Of a DNA stretch of 64,000 nucleotides, positions 1 to 9,740 are shown in pieces. How positions within the stretch are numbered: position 1 is the first letter of the stretch; the number at the start of each line of letters is the position of its first letter. Origin of the DNA: an uncultured Clostridium sp. (GTDB taxonomy: Bacteria > Bacillota > Clostridia > TANB77 > CAG-508); assembly GCA_948467875.1 (NCBI GenBank), contig CAOKFZ010000002.1, positions 144,462-208,461 on the forward strand, in the 5' to 3' direction. The notes under the pieces are model-generated. The model saw only the letters and a program-made list of their open reading frames with translations. It made no database searches and had not been told where the DNA came from. Made by a program: the position numbers and the translations under genes.

Positions 1-2
1 AT

Positions 3-1127
3 ATTAGCCTAATTCCAGACCATATTATTTTGCTGGAAAACGAAAACTACGCAATCAAAAAGTTTATAGGAGTTGATACCATAGAAACAGTAAGAACTTC
101 GAATGATAATGAAAATACAGTCAATGTGGATGTCACTTTGTTTGGCAATAAAGTCAAACAAGTCACGATTGATACTTTGGAAAATGTGGAAGTTGTGCCG
201 ATTGGCAAAATTATTGGCATGAAACTGTACACGAATGGCGTGTTGATTGTGGGAATGTCTGAAATTGAAAATATGGAAAATCAAGTCGTAAAGCCGTTTC
301 ATAATTGCGATATTCAAGAAGGAGACACTATTATAAAAGTAAATGATACAGAAATTGACAGCATTGGAGGCTTAAAAGATGTTGTAAATCAAAGCCATGG
401 CGAAAATGTGCTTTTGACATTAATCCGAGAGGACGGCAGCGTAGTCACTTCCAATATTACGCCAGTTCAGACAGAAAGCGACGAATACAAACTTGGACTT
501 TGGGTGAAGGATGCGGCAACAGGTGTTGGTACGATTACGTATTATGAGAAAAACACAGGAAATTTCGCAGCTTTGGGGCATGGAATTGTGGATGCTGACA
601 CAGATCAATTGATTGATATTGAATCTGGAGAAATTGTCACTTCTGACGTTATGTCTATTACAAAAGGGAATGTTAACAATCCGGGCGAGATTCGTGGCAC
701 GATTTTTAATCAAAAAACAATTGGTCAAGTGCAGAAAAATACGCAATTTGGAATTTATGGAAAATTGGAAAATTTGGCAAGTTTAAACATTGATACTAGC
801 AAGGCAATTCCAGTTGCGCTTCGTGACGAAATTGAACTGGGAAACGCAAAAATTTTATGTAGCTTAGACGGCAAGACAAATCAAGAATATGATATCAAAA
901 TAGAAAAAGTCTATAAAAATGATGATTATGATAATAAAAGCATGTTAATTCGTGTTGTAGATGAAAATCTAATCAATGCGACAGGTGGGATTATACGTGG
1001 TTTGTCAGGAAGCCCGATTATTCAAAATGGGAAATTTATAGGAGCTGTGACGAACGTTCTTGTTTCGAATCCTGAAGTCGGCTATGCGATTTTTGGGGAT
1101 ATGATGATAAAAGAAATGCGAAAATAA
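3..1127 (+). CDS. spoIVB: SpoIVB-type sporulation serine peptidase (S55), N-terminus outside window
   Basis: The frame is open from nt 3, with no stop before the listed TTG at 30. It has a PDZ-like middle part and a C-terminal GLSGSPIIQNGKFIGAVTNVLVSNPEVGYAIF block typical of SpoIVB. Confidence 0.85.
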   Translation: MSLIPDHIILLENENYAIKKFIGVDTIETVRTSNDNENTVNVDVTLFGNKVKQVTIDTLENVEVVPIGKIIGMKLYTNGVLIVGMSEIENMENQVVKPFHNCDIQEGDTIIKVNDTEIDSIGGLKDVVNQSHGENVLLTLIREDGSVVTSNITPVQTESDEYKLGLWVKDAATGVGTITYYEKNTGNFAALGHGIVDADTDQLIDIESGEIVTSDVMSITKGNVNNPGEIRGTIFNQKTIGQVQKNTQFGIYGKLENLASLNIDTSKAIPVALRDEIELGNAKILCSLDGKTNQEYDIKIEKVYKNDDYDNKSMLIRVVDENLINATGGIIRGLSGSPIIQNGKFIGAVTNVLVSNPEVGYAIFGDMMIKEMRK

Positions 1128-1128
1128 A

Positions 1129-1150
1129 GGCACAAATTTGTGTCTTTTTT
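1129..1150 (+). terminator. Intrinsic terminator after spoIVB
   Basis: ggcac/gtgtc stem (one G-T pair), 6-nt loop, then T6, starting 2 nt after the stop codon. Confidence 0.55.
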
Positions 1151-1198
1151 GTGATGAAAATGAAAAAATTATTGTATTAATTTTAATTTTTATTTTTG

Positions 1199-1227
1199 TT
1201 GCGATGTGCAAAAAAATATGATATATT
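1199..1227 (+). promoter_or_regulatory. Sigma-A-like promoter upstream of dnaE
   Basis: TTGCGA (1199-1204), 17-nt spacer ending in TGa, then TATATT (1222-1227). Confidence 0.45.
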
Positions 1228-1258
1228 ATTAAAAATGAAGTTTTTTAAGGAGTTTGAT

Positions 1259-4200
1259 ATGTCAAAATTTGTGCATTTACATGTTCATAGTGAGTATAGT
1301 TTGTTAGACGGAATGTGCCGTGTCAGAGATTTGCCGAAAAGAGCCAAGGAACTTGGCATGGATGCGATTGCGATTACTGACCATGGGGTTATGTTCGGTG
1401 CTGTGAATTTTTATAAAGAGTGTAAAGCACAAGGAATTAAGCCAATTATTGGGTGCGAGGTTTATGTGGCGCCACATAGTAGGTTTGGTAAGCAAGCAGG
1501 TGTAGATGAAGGTTATTCGCATTTAATTTTGTTGGTAAAAAATCAGAAAGGATATGAAAATTTAGTCAAGTTAGTTTCTCTATCGTTTACAGAAGGTTAT
1601 TATTATAAACCTAGAATTGATACAGAAATTTTGGAACAATATAGTGAAGGTTTGATTTGTTTGAGTGCGTGTTTGGCTGGAAGTGTCAACCAAGCGATTT
1701 TGAAACATGATTTAGAAAAAGCCAGAGAAATTGCACTTTGGCACAAAAAAGTTTTTGGGGAAGATTATTATTTGGAAATTCAGAATAATGGTTTGGCAGA
1801 GCAAGTGATGGCAAACCAGAAATTGATTGAACTCTCACGAGAACTGGGCATTCCCTTAGTTGCAACAAATGATGCTCATTATTTAAGAAAAGAAGATAGT
1901 TACAATCATGAGATTTTGTTGTGCATTCAAACAGGTAAAAAAATGACGGATGAAGATAGAATGCGCTTTGGAGTTGATGAATTTTACATAAAGTCACAAG
2001 AAGAGATGATAGATTATTTTTCGGAGGTGCCAGAAGCGACTGAAAATACAGTTAAAATTGCAGAAAAATGCAATTTTGATTTTGAATTTGGTGTGACCAA
2101 ACTCCCGAATTATGATGTGCCAGAAGAATTCGAAACACATGAGGCATATTTTAGAAAATTGTGTGAAGAAGGAATTACGGAGCGTTATGGCGAAAATCCT
2201 ACGCCAGAAATCAAAGACAGAGTAGAATACGAAATGAGCGTCATTTCTAAAATGGGTTATGTGGATTATTACTTGATTGTGTGGGATTTTATTCATTATG
2301 CGAAAAGTGTGGGAATTTCGGTTGGACCAGGGCGTGGTTCTGGTGCAGGTTCCATAGTGGCGTATGCGATTGGCATTACAGATATTGACCCAATTAAGTA
2401 TCAATTACTGTTTGAGCGATTTTTAAATCCAGACAGAATTAGCATGCCTGATTTTGATGTGGATTTTGATTATGAAAGGCGTGGCGAGGTGATTGAATAT
2501 GTGGCGCGAAAATATGGCGCAGACCATGTTTCGCAAATAATCACATTTGGTACGATGTCTGCTAAGAGTGTTATTCGTGATGTGGGAAGGGTTTTGGATG
2601 TTCCATATGCAGAGGTAGACAAACTTGCTAAAATGATTCCTTTTGAAATTCATATTACGATTGATAAGGCTTTGGAAGAAAATCGAGAATTAAGGGAATT
2701 GTATGAAACTGACCAAACGGTCCAAAAAATTATTGATATTGCAAAAGGCTTAGAAGGAATGCCGAGAAATGCTTCCACGCATGCTTGTGGTGTGGTTATT
2801 ACGAAAAATCCAGTGGACACTTATGTGCCATTGTATGTCAATGATGGCACGCCAGTGGCGCAATATACCATGACTTTGCTCGAGGAGCTGGGGCTTTTGA
2901 AAATGGACTTTTTGGGGCTTAGAACTTTGACTGTGATTGAAGATTGCAAAAAATTGATTCAAAAAAATAGAGGAATTCAAGTTAAATTTGACGAAGATAT
3001 GAATGACCCAAATGTGTACAAATTGTGGCAGGAAGGAAATACGTATGGTATTTTTCAGTTTGAGAGTGCCGGCATGACTTCTTTTATGAAGGAACTAAAG
3101 CCAGATTGTTTGGAAGACTTGATTGCAGGTGTTTCACTGTATCGTCCGGGACCAATGGATCAAATTCCGCGTTATGTGAAGGGCAAACTAAATCCAGGGC
3201 ATAATGTTTACACACATCCAGCGTTAGAGCCGATTTTGAATGTTACATATGGTTGCATGGTTTACCAAGAGCAAGTTATGCAAATTGTGCGCGATTTGGC
3301 TGGCTATTCGCTGGGAAGAGCGGATTTGGTACGCCGTGCCATGGGAAAGAAAAAATTGGATGTTATGGCAAAGGAAAGAGAAATTTTTATTCATGGGCAA
3401 GTGGAAGAAAATGGGGAAATTGTGGTTCTGGGCTGTGTGCGAAATGGGATTGATGAGGTATCTGCGAATAAAATTTTTGATGAAATGGTGGAGTTTGCCA
3501 AATATGCATTTAACAAATCTCATGCGGCTGCGTACGCAGTGGTTTCTTACAGAACTGCATATTTGAAGGCTTATTACAAAGAAGAATTAATGGCGGCGAC
3601 GCTGAACAGTTTTTTGGGAAATCTAGACAAAATTCCCGTTTATATCAATGATTGCAAAAAAATGAATATTGAAGTTTTGCCACCCAATATTAATCAAAGT
3701 GAAACACGTTTTACGGTATCGGAAAATAAAATTCGTTTTGGATTAGGAACCGTGAAAAATGTTGGAGTACAGGCAGTTGAGAGTATTGTCAAAGAGCGTG
3801 AGCAAAATGGAAATTTTGAGAATTTTTCATCATTTTGTGAAAGAATTAAGGATAAAGGCGTGAATAAAAAGTGTGTGGAAAGTTTGATTAAAGCAGGCGT
3901 TTTTGACGATTTTGGAAATACAAGAGCAACGCTTTTGGCGTCTTATGAAGGAATTTTGGACACGATTAATAATAGTGATCGAAAAGTTATGGAAAATCAG
4001 GTTTCGATGTTTGATTTAATGGGCGAAGACGAGGAAAAAGAGATTCAGGCGAAAACGTATAAATTTGAGCAAAAGCCAGAGTTTGACGAAAGAGAATTAC
4101 TAAGTCTGGAAAAAGAAATGATTGGTGTCTATATTTCGGGGCATCCGCTTGAAAAATATCGAGAATTGCTGGAGAAAACAACAAATATCAACACTTTGAA

Positions 4201-4762
4201 TATGCTGAAGATTAACCAAGATTTGGAAGAATTTGGGAAAACGGTGGATTACAAGGATAATCAAACGGTTAAGTTTGCGGGAATTATTACAAAAATCAAA
4301 AAGAAGTTTACAAGAAATAACACGATTATGGCTTTTGTGACTGTCGAGGATTTGTATGGCACAGCGGAGCTGATTGTGTTTGATAGTGTGTATCATCTTT
4401 CACAAAATGCTTTGATTGAGGAAAATTTAGTTCTGGTGGAAGGGAGATTGTCGATTCGCGAGGATGAAGATGTCAAAATTGTGGCAAGTAAAATAGGGGA
4501 TTTGAATGGGAATGCTGTTTCTGTGGACGAAAAACCAAAAAGTATTACAGGTATTTCGATTGATGTGACAGATTTGCCAGAGGAGACGAAGGAAAGACTG
4601 CGTGGTGCGATTAAGTTTTTCTGTGGCGACCGAGCCAATACAAGGCTGGAAATTGTGCAAGATGGAAAAGTAAAGCCATGTGGCGGCATTTTTATGACCA
4701 ATCAGATTTTGCAGGAATTTGAGGAAATTGTGGGAGAAGAAAGAATTGCAAAAAGCAGCTAA
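1259..4762 (+). CDS. dnaE: DNA polymerase III alpha subunit (DnaE type)
   Basis: PHP-domain start MSKFVHLHVHSEYSLLDG preceded by AAGGAG. The length and the polymerase core and OB-fold C-terminus layout fit DnaE. The listed TTG at 1196 is probably an upstream extension. Confidence 0.95.
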   Translation: MSKFVHLHVHSEYSLLDGMCRVRDLPKRAKELGMDAIAITDHGVMFGAVNFYKECKAQGIKPIIGCEVYVAPHSRFGKQAGVDEGYSHLILLVKNQKGYENLVKLVSLSFTEGYYYKPRIDTEILEQYSEGLICLSACLAGSVNQAILKHDLEKAREIALWHKKVFGEDYYLEIQNNGLAEQVMANQKLIELSRELGIPLVATNDAHYLRKEDSYNHEILLCIQTGKKMTDEDRMRFGVDEFYIKSQEEMIDYFSEVPEATENTVKIAEKCNFDFEFGVTKLPNYDVPEEFETHEAYFRKLCEEGITERYGENPTPEIKDRVEYEMSVISKMGYVDYYLIVWDFIHYAKSVGISVGPGRGSGAGSIVAYAIGITDIDPIKYQLLFERFLNPDRISMPDFDVDFDYERRGEVIEYVARKYGADHVSQIITFGTMSAKSVIRDVGRVLDVPYAEVDKLAKMIPFEIHITIDKALEENRELRELYETDQTVQKIIDIAKGLEGMPRNASTHACGVVITKNPVDTYVPLYVNDGTPVAQYTMTLLEELGLLKMDFLGLRTLTVIEDCKKLIQKNRGIQVKFDEDMNDPNVYKLWQEGNTYGIFQFESAGMTSFMKELKPDCLEDLIAGVSLYRPGPMDQIPRYVKGKLNPGHNVYTHPALEPILNVTYGCMVYQEQVMQIVRDLAGYSLGRADLVRRAMGKKKLDVMAKEREIFIHGQVEENGEIVVLGCVRNGIDEVSANKIFDEMVEFAKYAFNKSHAAAYAVVSYRTAYLKAYYKEELMAATLNSFLGNLDKIPVYINDCKKMNIEVLPPNINQSETRFTVSENKIRFGLGTVKNVGVQAVESIVKEREQNGNFENFSSFCERIKDKGVNKKCVESLIKAGVFDDFGNTRATLLASYEGILDTINNSDRKVMENQVSMFDLMGEDEEKEIQAKTYKFEQKPEFDERELLSLEKEMIGVYISGHPLEKYRELLEKTTNINTLNMLKINQDLEEFGKTVDYKDNQTVKFAGIITKIKKKFTRNNTIMAFVTVEDLYGTAELIVFDSVYHLSQNALIEENLVLVEGRLSIREDEDVKIVASKIGDLNGNAVSVDEKPKSITGISIDVTDLPEETKERLRGAIKFFCGDRANTRLEIVQDGKVKPCGGIFMTNQILQEFEEIVGEERIAKSS

Positions 4763-4790
4763 TGTCGCAAGACACCAGCTGCCTTTTGCA
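4747..4790. terminator. Hairpin between convergent dnaE and the 92-aa gene
   Basis: tgcaaaaagcagct / agctgccttttgca form 14-bp arms with one mismatch. The hairpin overlaps the dnaE stop codon. Confidence 0.55.
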
Positions 4791-4795
4791 CAAAG

Positions 4796-5074
4796 TTAAA
4801 ATGTTTCAAATTTAATTTCACATTTTAACTCTGAGCATTTTCTAAAAAAATGTTCAAGGTAAGATTTGGAAAAATCTGAGATTTTCCCAAAAATAGCTTC
4901 ATATCCATTCCCACTAATTTTAACGGACATATGCCGACTTAAGTCATACCGCGCCAATGGCTCAAGAACTAAGGTATCTGTAAGTTCCTGATTAATAGGC
5001 AAAACCACAATGTAGCGGTGACCTGCTTGTTTGGCGGTTTTTATTGCTTTTTGAAGTTGTATATCAAATGTCAT
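4796..5074 (-). CDS. Hypothetical 92-aa protein
   Basis: Clean ORF with a strong SD (GGAGGTGG) 5 nt upstream of the ATG. No family recognised. Confidence 0.6.
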   Translation of the reverse strand: MTFDIQLQKAIKTAKQAGHRYIVVLPINQELTDTLVLEPLARYDLSRHMSVKISGNGYEAIFGKISDFSKSYLEHFFRKCSELKCEIKFETF

Positions 5075-5232
5075 GTAACCACCTCCTTCTAAAATGTTGA
5101 CATTACAACTTATTATATATATTATAGCATGTTTTTTATGTTAAGTCAATAAATTTGGAAAATTTTACTTGATTTTTGTCAAAAAAGATAGTACAATACA
5201 AAAGTGAAGTTTTTTGGGAAAGGAAAATTCAA

Positions 5233-5724
5233 ATGTTGAAAGAAGATGGTCTAGCATATCAAGTTTTAGTGTTGGTAATTATTATCATTATTGCGATTGC
5301 AGGGGTTTTGATTAACAAAGTGATTGGCAAAAATGGTATGTTGAATAAGGTGGCAGAAGTAGAGACAGAGTTTAGCAAGGAAGATGTTTTGGAAAAAATT
5401 AATTATAAAGTCACGCAAAAATTTATTGAACTTAACAATGTGGCAAAAGAAAATAATCAAAATATTTCGGATTTGTATAATCGTGATGTAGTTATTGAGT
5501 TTTTGAAGCAAAATTTAATTATTATAGAAACTCATGACGAAGCTGGAAATTTTGTGGAAGGCGTTTATGATATTGATGTCAGCAAATTGAAAGACGAAAA
5601 TGAAACTCAAAATGCGGGGACATTTAAGTTGGAGAGAATGGAAGATAAAGACATGATTGTGTATTACAATGAGAAGAACGAACCAGAACAAATTGGCGAA
5701 TTGCAAATTCAACAGACTATATAA
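5233..5724 (+). CDS. Hypothetical N-terminally membrane-anchored protein
   Basis: ATG at 5233 follows GGAAAGGAAA. There is a single hydrophobic helix, VLVLVIIIIIAIAGVLI. The listed TTG at 5176 is a less likely start. Confidence 0.55.
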   Translation: MLKEDGLAYQVLVLVIIIIIAIAGVLINKVIGKNGMLNKVAEVETEFSKEDVLEKINYKVTQKFIELNNVAKENNQNISDLYNRDVVIEFLKQNLIIIETHDEAGNFVEGVYDIDVSKLKDENETQNAGTFKLERMEDKDMIVYYNEKNEPEQIGELQIQQTI

Positions 5725-5779
5725 AAATTTTGTGACGAAGAGAACTTACCTAGAATATGATATTTTAGGTGAGTTTTTT

Positions 5780-6643
5780 ATGAAATTGGGATTATGTTTG
5801 GCTGGCGGAGGAATCAAAGGGGCTGCGCATATTGGAGCTATTAAGGCGTTTAAGGAAGCTGGAATTCATTTTGATTATATTTCTGGAACTTCGTCTGGGA
5901 GTATTGTTGCGACGTTGTATGCTTGCGGTTATACCACAGATGAGATTTATCAGGCATTCAAAAAATATGCCAGAAAAATCGGGTATTGGGACTGGAACAA
6001 TATTTGGAATGTGAGTAAAAATTTTGTCAAGACTGGAAAAATCAAGCTGATTGGCTTAAATAGCGGAAAGGCGATTTATGATTTTGCCCATAAATTATGT
6101 GGTGCAAAAGGCATTCAAAATATTAACCAAGTGCCAAGAAAACTGATTATTCCGACTGTCAATGTTTATACAGAGGAATTGTATGTGTTTCATTCTGGTG
6201 GGCAAATTAAAAATGAAAGAAATATCAAATACATTAACAATGTGGATATTGGGACTGCGGTGCAGGCGAGTTGCAGTTATCCGGGTGTTTTTTGCCCGTG
6301 TGAATACCGTAATACGCTTTTGGTGGATGGCGGTTTGGCGGAAAATTTGCCATGGCGTGAGACGAAAAGGATTGGAGCAGATAAAGTGATTAGTATTGCA
6401 TTTGTGGATAAAATGCCGAAAAAATGTTGTGATAATGTGGTTCAAATTTTGGATAAATCGTTTGGCATTTTGTGTCATGAGTTGGCTCGTTATGAGTGGG
6501 ACGGAACGGATTATTTGTTGCCCATTGAGCATAACAATGTAGGACTTTTGGATTGGCGCAAAGTTGATGAATTATACGAACAAGGGTATGAGCAGACAAA
6601 GGATAAATTAAAAAAATTTTTGCCAGAAATTGCTTGTAAATAA
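5780..6643 (+). CDS. Patatin-like phospholipase
   Basis: The start MKLGLCLAGGGIKGAAHIGAIKAF gives the oxyanion G-G-G-x-K/R-G motif. GTSSGS is the G-x-S-x-G nucleophile and DGG is the catalytic Asp motif. Confidence 0.85.
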   Translation: MKLGLCLAGGGIKGAAHIGAIKAFKEAGIHFDYISGTSSGSIVATLYACGYTTDEIYQAFKKYARKIGYWDWNNIWNVSKNFVKTGKIKLIGLNSGKAIYDFAHKLCGAKGIQNINQVPRKLIIPTVNVYTEELYVFHSGGQIKNERNIKYINNVDIGTAVQASCSYPGVFCPCEYRNTLLVDGGLAENLPWRETKRIGADKVISIAFVDKMPKKCCDNVVQILDKSFGILCHELARYEWDGTDYLLPIEHNNVGLLDWRKVDELYEQGYEQTKDKLKKFLPEIACK

Positions 6644-6692
6644 ATTTCTAAATTGTCAATAATATTCTTAAAATCAAGAAAGGAATATTAGC

Positions 6693-7340
6693 ATGGAATA
6701 TAGAGATTTGAGTCAAAATATTTATCCAGAAGAGTTCAATAGCAGAAGTGAAGGAATTGTAAACTGGATTAAAGAAAATCGAGAAAAAGAAGAATGGGCA
6801 AAAGATCCAAATGCTTTTGAGATGACAAATGTGTTTTTGCTGGGCGCAAAATATGCGCAAGAAGGGCATGATGTTAATCAAGATACTTTAAAAGAAATGT
6901 GGGATATTCGTTCACAAGATTTTGCGAGATGTGGCATTTCGGAAAATAATTTTGTTTATGGAATTTGCAGAGATAGTTATGAGGCTTCGCAAGAAGGAAG
7001 GACTTTGGTAAATGATGAAGCTTCTCATCATGCACTAAGAAGTATGGCAGATATTGGTTTGTTTTTGAGTAGGCAACATGTAAGAGAAGGAAAAATGGAG
7101 TTTGACAATCCAAATCAATTAATGGAACTTTTGGAATGTTCTAGGACATTAAAAGGAGTGCATCCAGAGTTATTTGAGAAATATGGATTTAAGGAAAATT
7201 TGCAGACAATTGCAAGATTGCAACTAGAAAAACAAAGCGGTTTGGAAACTAGAATTCAAAGTGCAATGGAAACTGTTTTTGGGGAACCAACGACAGACCA
7301 AAATAGAGTGCAGGACGAACAGGTCAAAGAAAGAGAATAA
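6693..7340 (+). CDS. Hypothetical protein (215 aa)
   Basis: ORF with ATG start. No recognisable motif. Confidence 0.55.
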   Translation: MEYRDLSQNIYPEEFNSRSEGIVNWIKENREKEEWAKDPNAFEMTNVFLLGAKYAQEGHDVNQDTLKEMWDIRSQDFARCGISENNFVYGICRDSYEASQEGRTLVNDEASHHALRSMADIGLFLSRQHVREGKMEFDNPNQLMELLECSRTLKGVHPELFEKYGFKENLQTIARLQLEKQSGLETRIQSAMETVFGEPTTDQNRVQDEQVKERE

Positions 7341-7347
7341 GAAAAAG

Positions 7348-7385
7348 ACGACATGAAATATTTTGTTATTTCATGTCGTTTTTTG
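7348..7385 (+). terminator. Intrinsic terminator
   Basis: Perfect 13-bp stem acgacatgaaata / tatttcatgtcgt, 6-nt loop, then a T-run. Confidence 0.85.
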
Positions 7386-7443
7386 TTGCTATTTTTTTTG
7401 TTTATTTGTATAATAAATTTGAAGTTAAAAAGTGAGGGAAAAA

Positions 7444-7992
7444 ATGAGAAAACATTTGATGATAGCTGGGATTTCAAGAGGCGGAAAAACAACGATTTGT
7501 AAGAAGATAGCAGAGAAACAAGATTGTATTTATATGCCAATGGATAATATTGTTAGAGCTTTTCAGAAGCGTTTTCCAGAGCTTGGAATTACGCATGCTG
7601 ACAAATTTACCAATGTGAGTAGGAATTTTGCGCCATTTTTAAATGCAATGCTAGAAGATAGTAAGGAAAATCGATTGTTGATTGACACTTATCATTTGGC
7701 GCCAGAAGATTACGTGAAATATATCAATCAAAATATTTGTGATGTGTGTTTTGTGGGGTTTCCAGATATCTCTGTGGAAGAAAAATTTTGTCAAATGAGA
7801 AAATTTGAACAAAGAGAAGAGGACTGTCAAAAGTCGGATTGTGAGTTGAAAGAAAAGTGCAAACGATTGATTGAAGAAAGTCAGTTTTTGAGGGCAGAAT
7901 GTGAGAAATATCAGTTGCCGTTTTTGAATACGAGTTTTAATAGAAATCAAGTAATTGAGGAATTTGTGAAAAATAATGAAGAAAAAAAATAG
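7444..7992 (+). CDS. P-loop NTPase / small-molecule or nucleotide kinase-like protein
   Basis: ATG at 7444 follows GAGGGAA. The Walker A is GISRGGKTT near the N-terminus. The size and layout resemble the AAA / zeta-toxin / kinase-like family. Confidence 0.65.
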   Translation: MRKHLMIAGISRGGKTTICKKIAEKQDCIYMPMDNIVRAFQKRFPELGITHADKFTNVSRNFAPFLNAMLEDSKENRLLIDTYHLAPEDYVKYINQNICDVCFVGFPDISVEEKFCQMRKFEQREEDCQKSDCELKEKCKRLIEESQFLRAECEKYQLPFLNTSFNRNQVIEEFVKNNEEKK

Positions 7993-9740
7993 TTTTTTAA
8001 AAGAGACTTTGAGAGGAACCAAAGAACAAATTTTATGGATTTTAATTTTGACGCTTATTGGCTCAAAATTAAATGTCTATGTACCAATGTTTATTCAATA
8101 TGCGTTAGACGGAGTTGTGATGCAAAAAGAGGAAGTCATTCCAAAATGGATTACATGCTTCTTTTTTGAAAATAGTGTGATTGCGAAATTAGTGAGTTTA
8201 GTGCTAGTGCTTGTTATTTTAAACACGATTGCATTTGTTGTAAAATACATTAGAAGTAAAATTAGCACCAAATTTAATTTGAAGATTAATCGAAATGTAA
8301 AGCAAATGATTTTGAAGCATATTTCAAAATTAGAATATATGCAATTTAGCGGAATTAATCATTCAGATGTCATTCAAAGGGTGAACAATGATGCTTTGAT
8401 TTATTCGGAATTTTTTAATTCCCAATTAAATTTATTTTTGGATACGATTTTTATTGTTAGTTTTTCGGTAGTGCAAATTTTTGAATTAAATAAGGCTTGT
8501 GGAATTTTTGTATTTGTTTTATGTGGCTTGATTGTTTTGCTTTCGATTTGGTATTACAAATTTTCGCTTCCTCTTGTGGAAGACACGCTAGAGGCAAACA
8601 AGCAAATTATCGAGAAAACAAGAGAGGCAGTGGAAAATTCCAAAATGCAAAAAGCGTTTAACCGAAAAAATGTTGAAATTGCAGATTTTAGGGCTCTAAA
8701 CGAAGATTATCGCAAAAAAGATTTGAGGCTTGGAAAATATCGTGTCATTTATGGGATTGGAACACACACGATTCGAAATTTTAAAGAGCCCATTATTTTG
8801 TTGTTTGGCGGTATTATGGTGGTGCAAGGGCAAATGACATTAGCGATTGTTTCTGTGCTTTTGACGTATGCCACTAAAATTTCAGATTATATCTATGATT
8901 CGGTTGATAAATTAAAAGATGTCAATCAGTTTTTGGTATCTTATCGAAAATTGTCGAATTTGATGCAGGTAAAAGAAGAAAATCAAGATAAGGAACACCA
9001 GAAATTAGAAGGCGATATTGTTTTTCAAAATGTAAATATCAAATTGGGCGAAAATAACTTGCTAGAAAATATTGATTTAAAAATTGAGCAAGGGCAAAAT
9101 ATTGCAGTGATTGGCGATAATGGCGTACGGAAAAACGGTTCTTGTCAAAACGCTTTTAGGTTTTTACGAATATGAAGGCGATATTTGGATTGGAGAAACG
9201 AATTTGAAAAATGTCAATTTGGCAAGTATTCGTGACTATATTGGCTTGGCTCTTCAAGATACTTATTTATTTCATGATACCATACGTAGCAATATCAACA
9301 TAACCAACCAAGAATTGTTGGATTGCGAAATGGAAGAGGCTTTGAAGGTTGCTGACATTTACCAAGACATTCAAAATTTTGAAGATAAACTAGACACGAT
9401 GTTAGAAAGCGGCGGAGAAAATTTGTCTGGCGGACAAAAACAAAGGCTGGCCATTGCCAGAAATATTTTGGCAGATAATCAATTTATTATTTTGGATGAT
9501 TCACTTTCCAAATTAGATACGAGAACCAAGCTTACGATTTTGGAAAATATGGTTGCTATGAATAAAGGTGTGATATTGATTTCGCATGATATTCATGTGG
9601 TGCAAGCCTGCCACAAGGTGCTTTTTTTGCATGATAAAAAAGTAGAAATGAATACACATAAATTTTTTATGGAAAACAGCGAAGCCTATCGACAAATGAT
9701 TGAAATGAGAAAAAATAATATTCTAGAAGAGGAAGAATGA
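7976..9740 (+). pseudogene. ABC exporter (fused TMD-NBD) interrupted by a +1 frameshift in Walker A
   Basis: ORF 7976-9175 covers the TM domain and ends at IAVIGDNG before running out of frame. ORF 9111-9740 reads YGKTVLVKTLLG, then LSGGQKQRLAIAR, FIILDD and ISHD. Removing one nt within ggcgta (9122-9127) restores GDNGYGKT. Confidence 0.8.

Noticed and set aside
1196-1258. N-terminal extensions produced by the ORF caller (also 5657-5779, 17466-17510, 38035-38067, 40396-40404, 45040-45072, 47613-47654)
   Set aside because: In each case a downstream ATG with a good SD coincides with the conserved N-terminus of the family. Several of the extensions overlap upstream genes or terminators.
5233-5724. 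Type IV pilin/pseudopilin
   Set aside because: It has a hydrophobic N-terminal helix, but no G/(F,M)-x-x-x-E prepilin cleavage motif and no neighbouring pilus or competence genes.
9111-9175. Programmed ribosomal frameshift in the ABC exporter gene
   Set aside because: I see no slippery heptamer, no stimulatory SD-like element and no downstream structure. The shift falls within a catalytic motif, where two separate products would be non-functional. A mutation or sequencing error is simpler.
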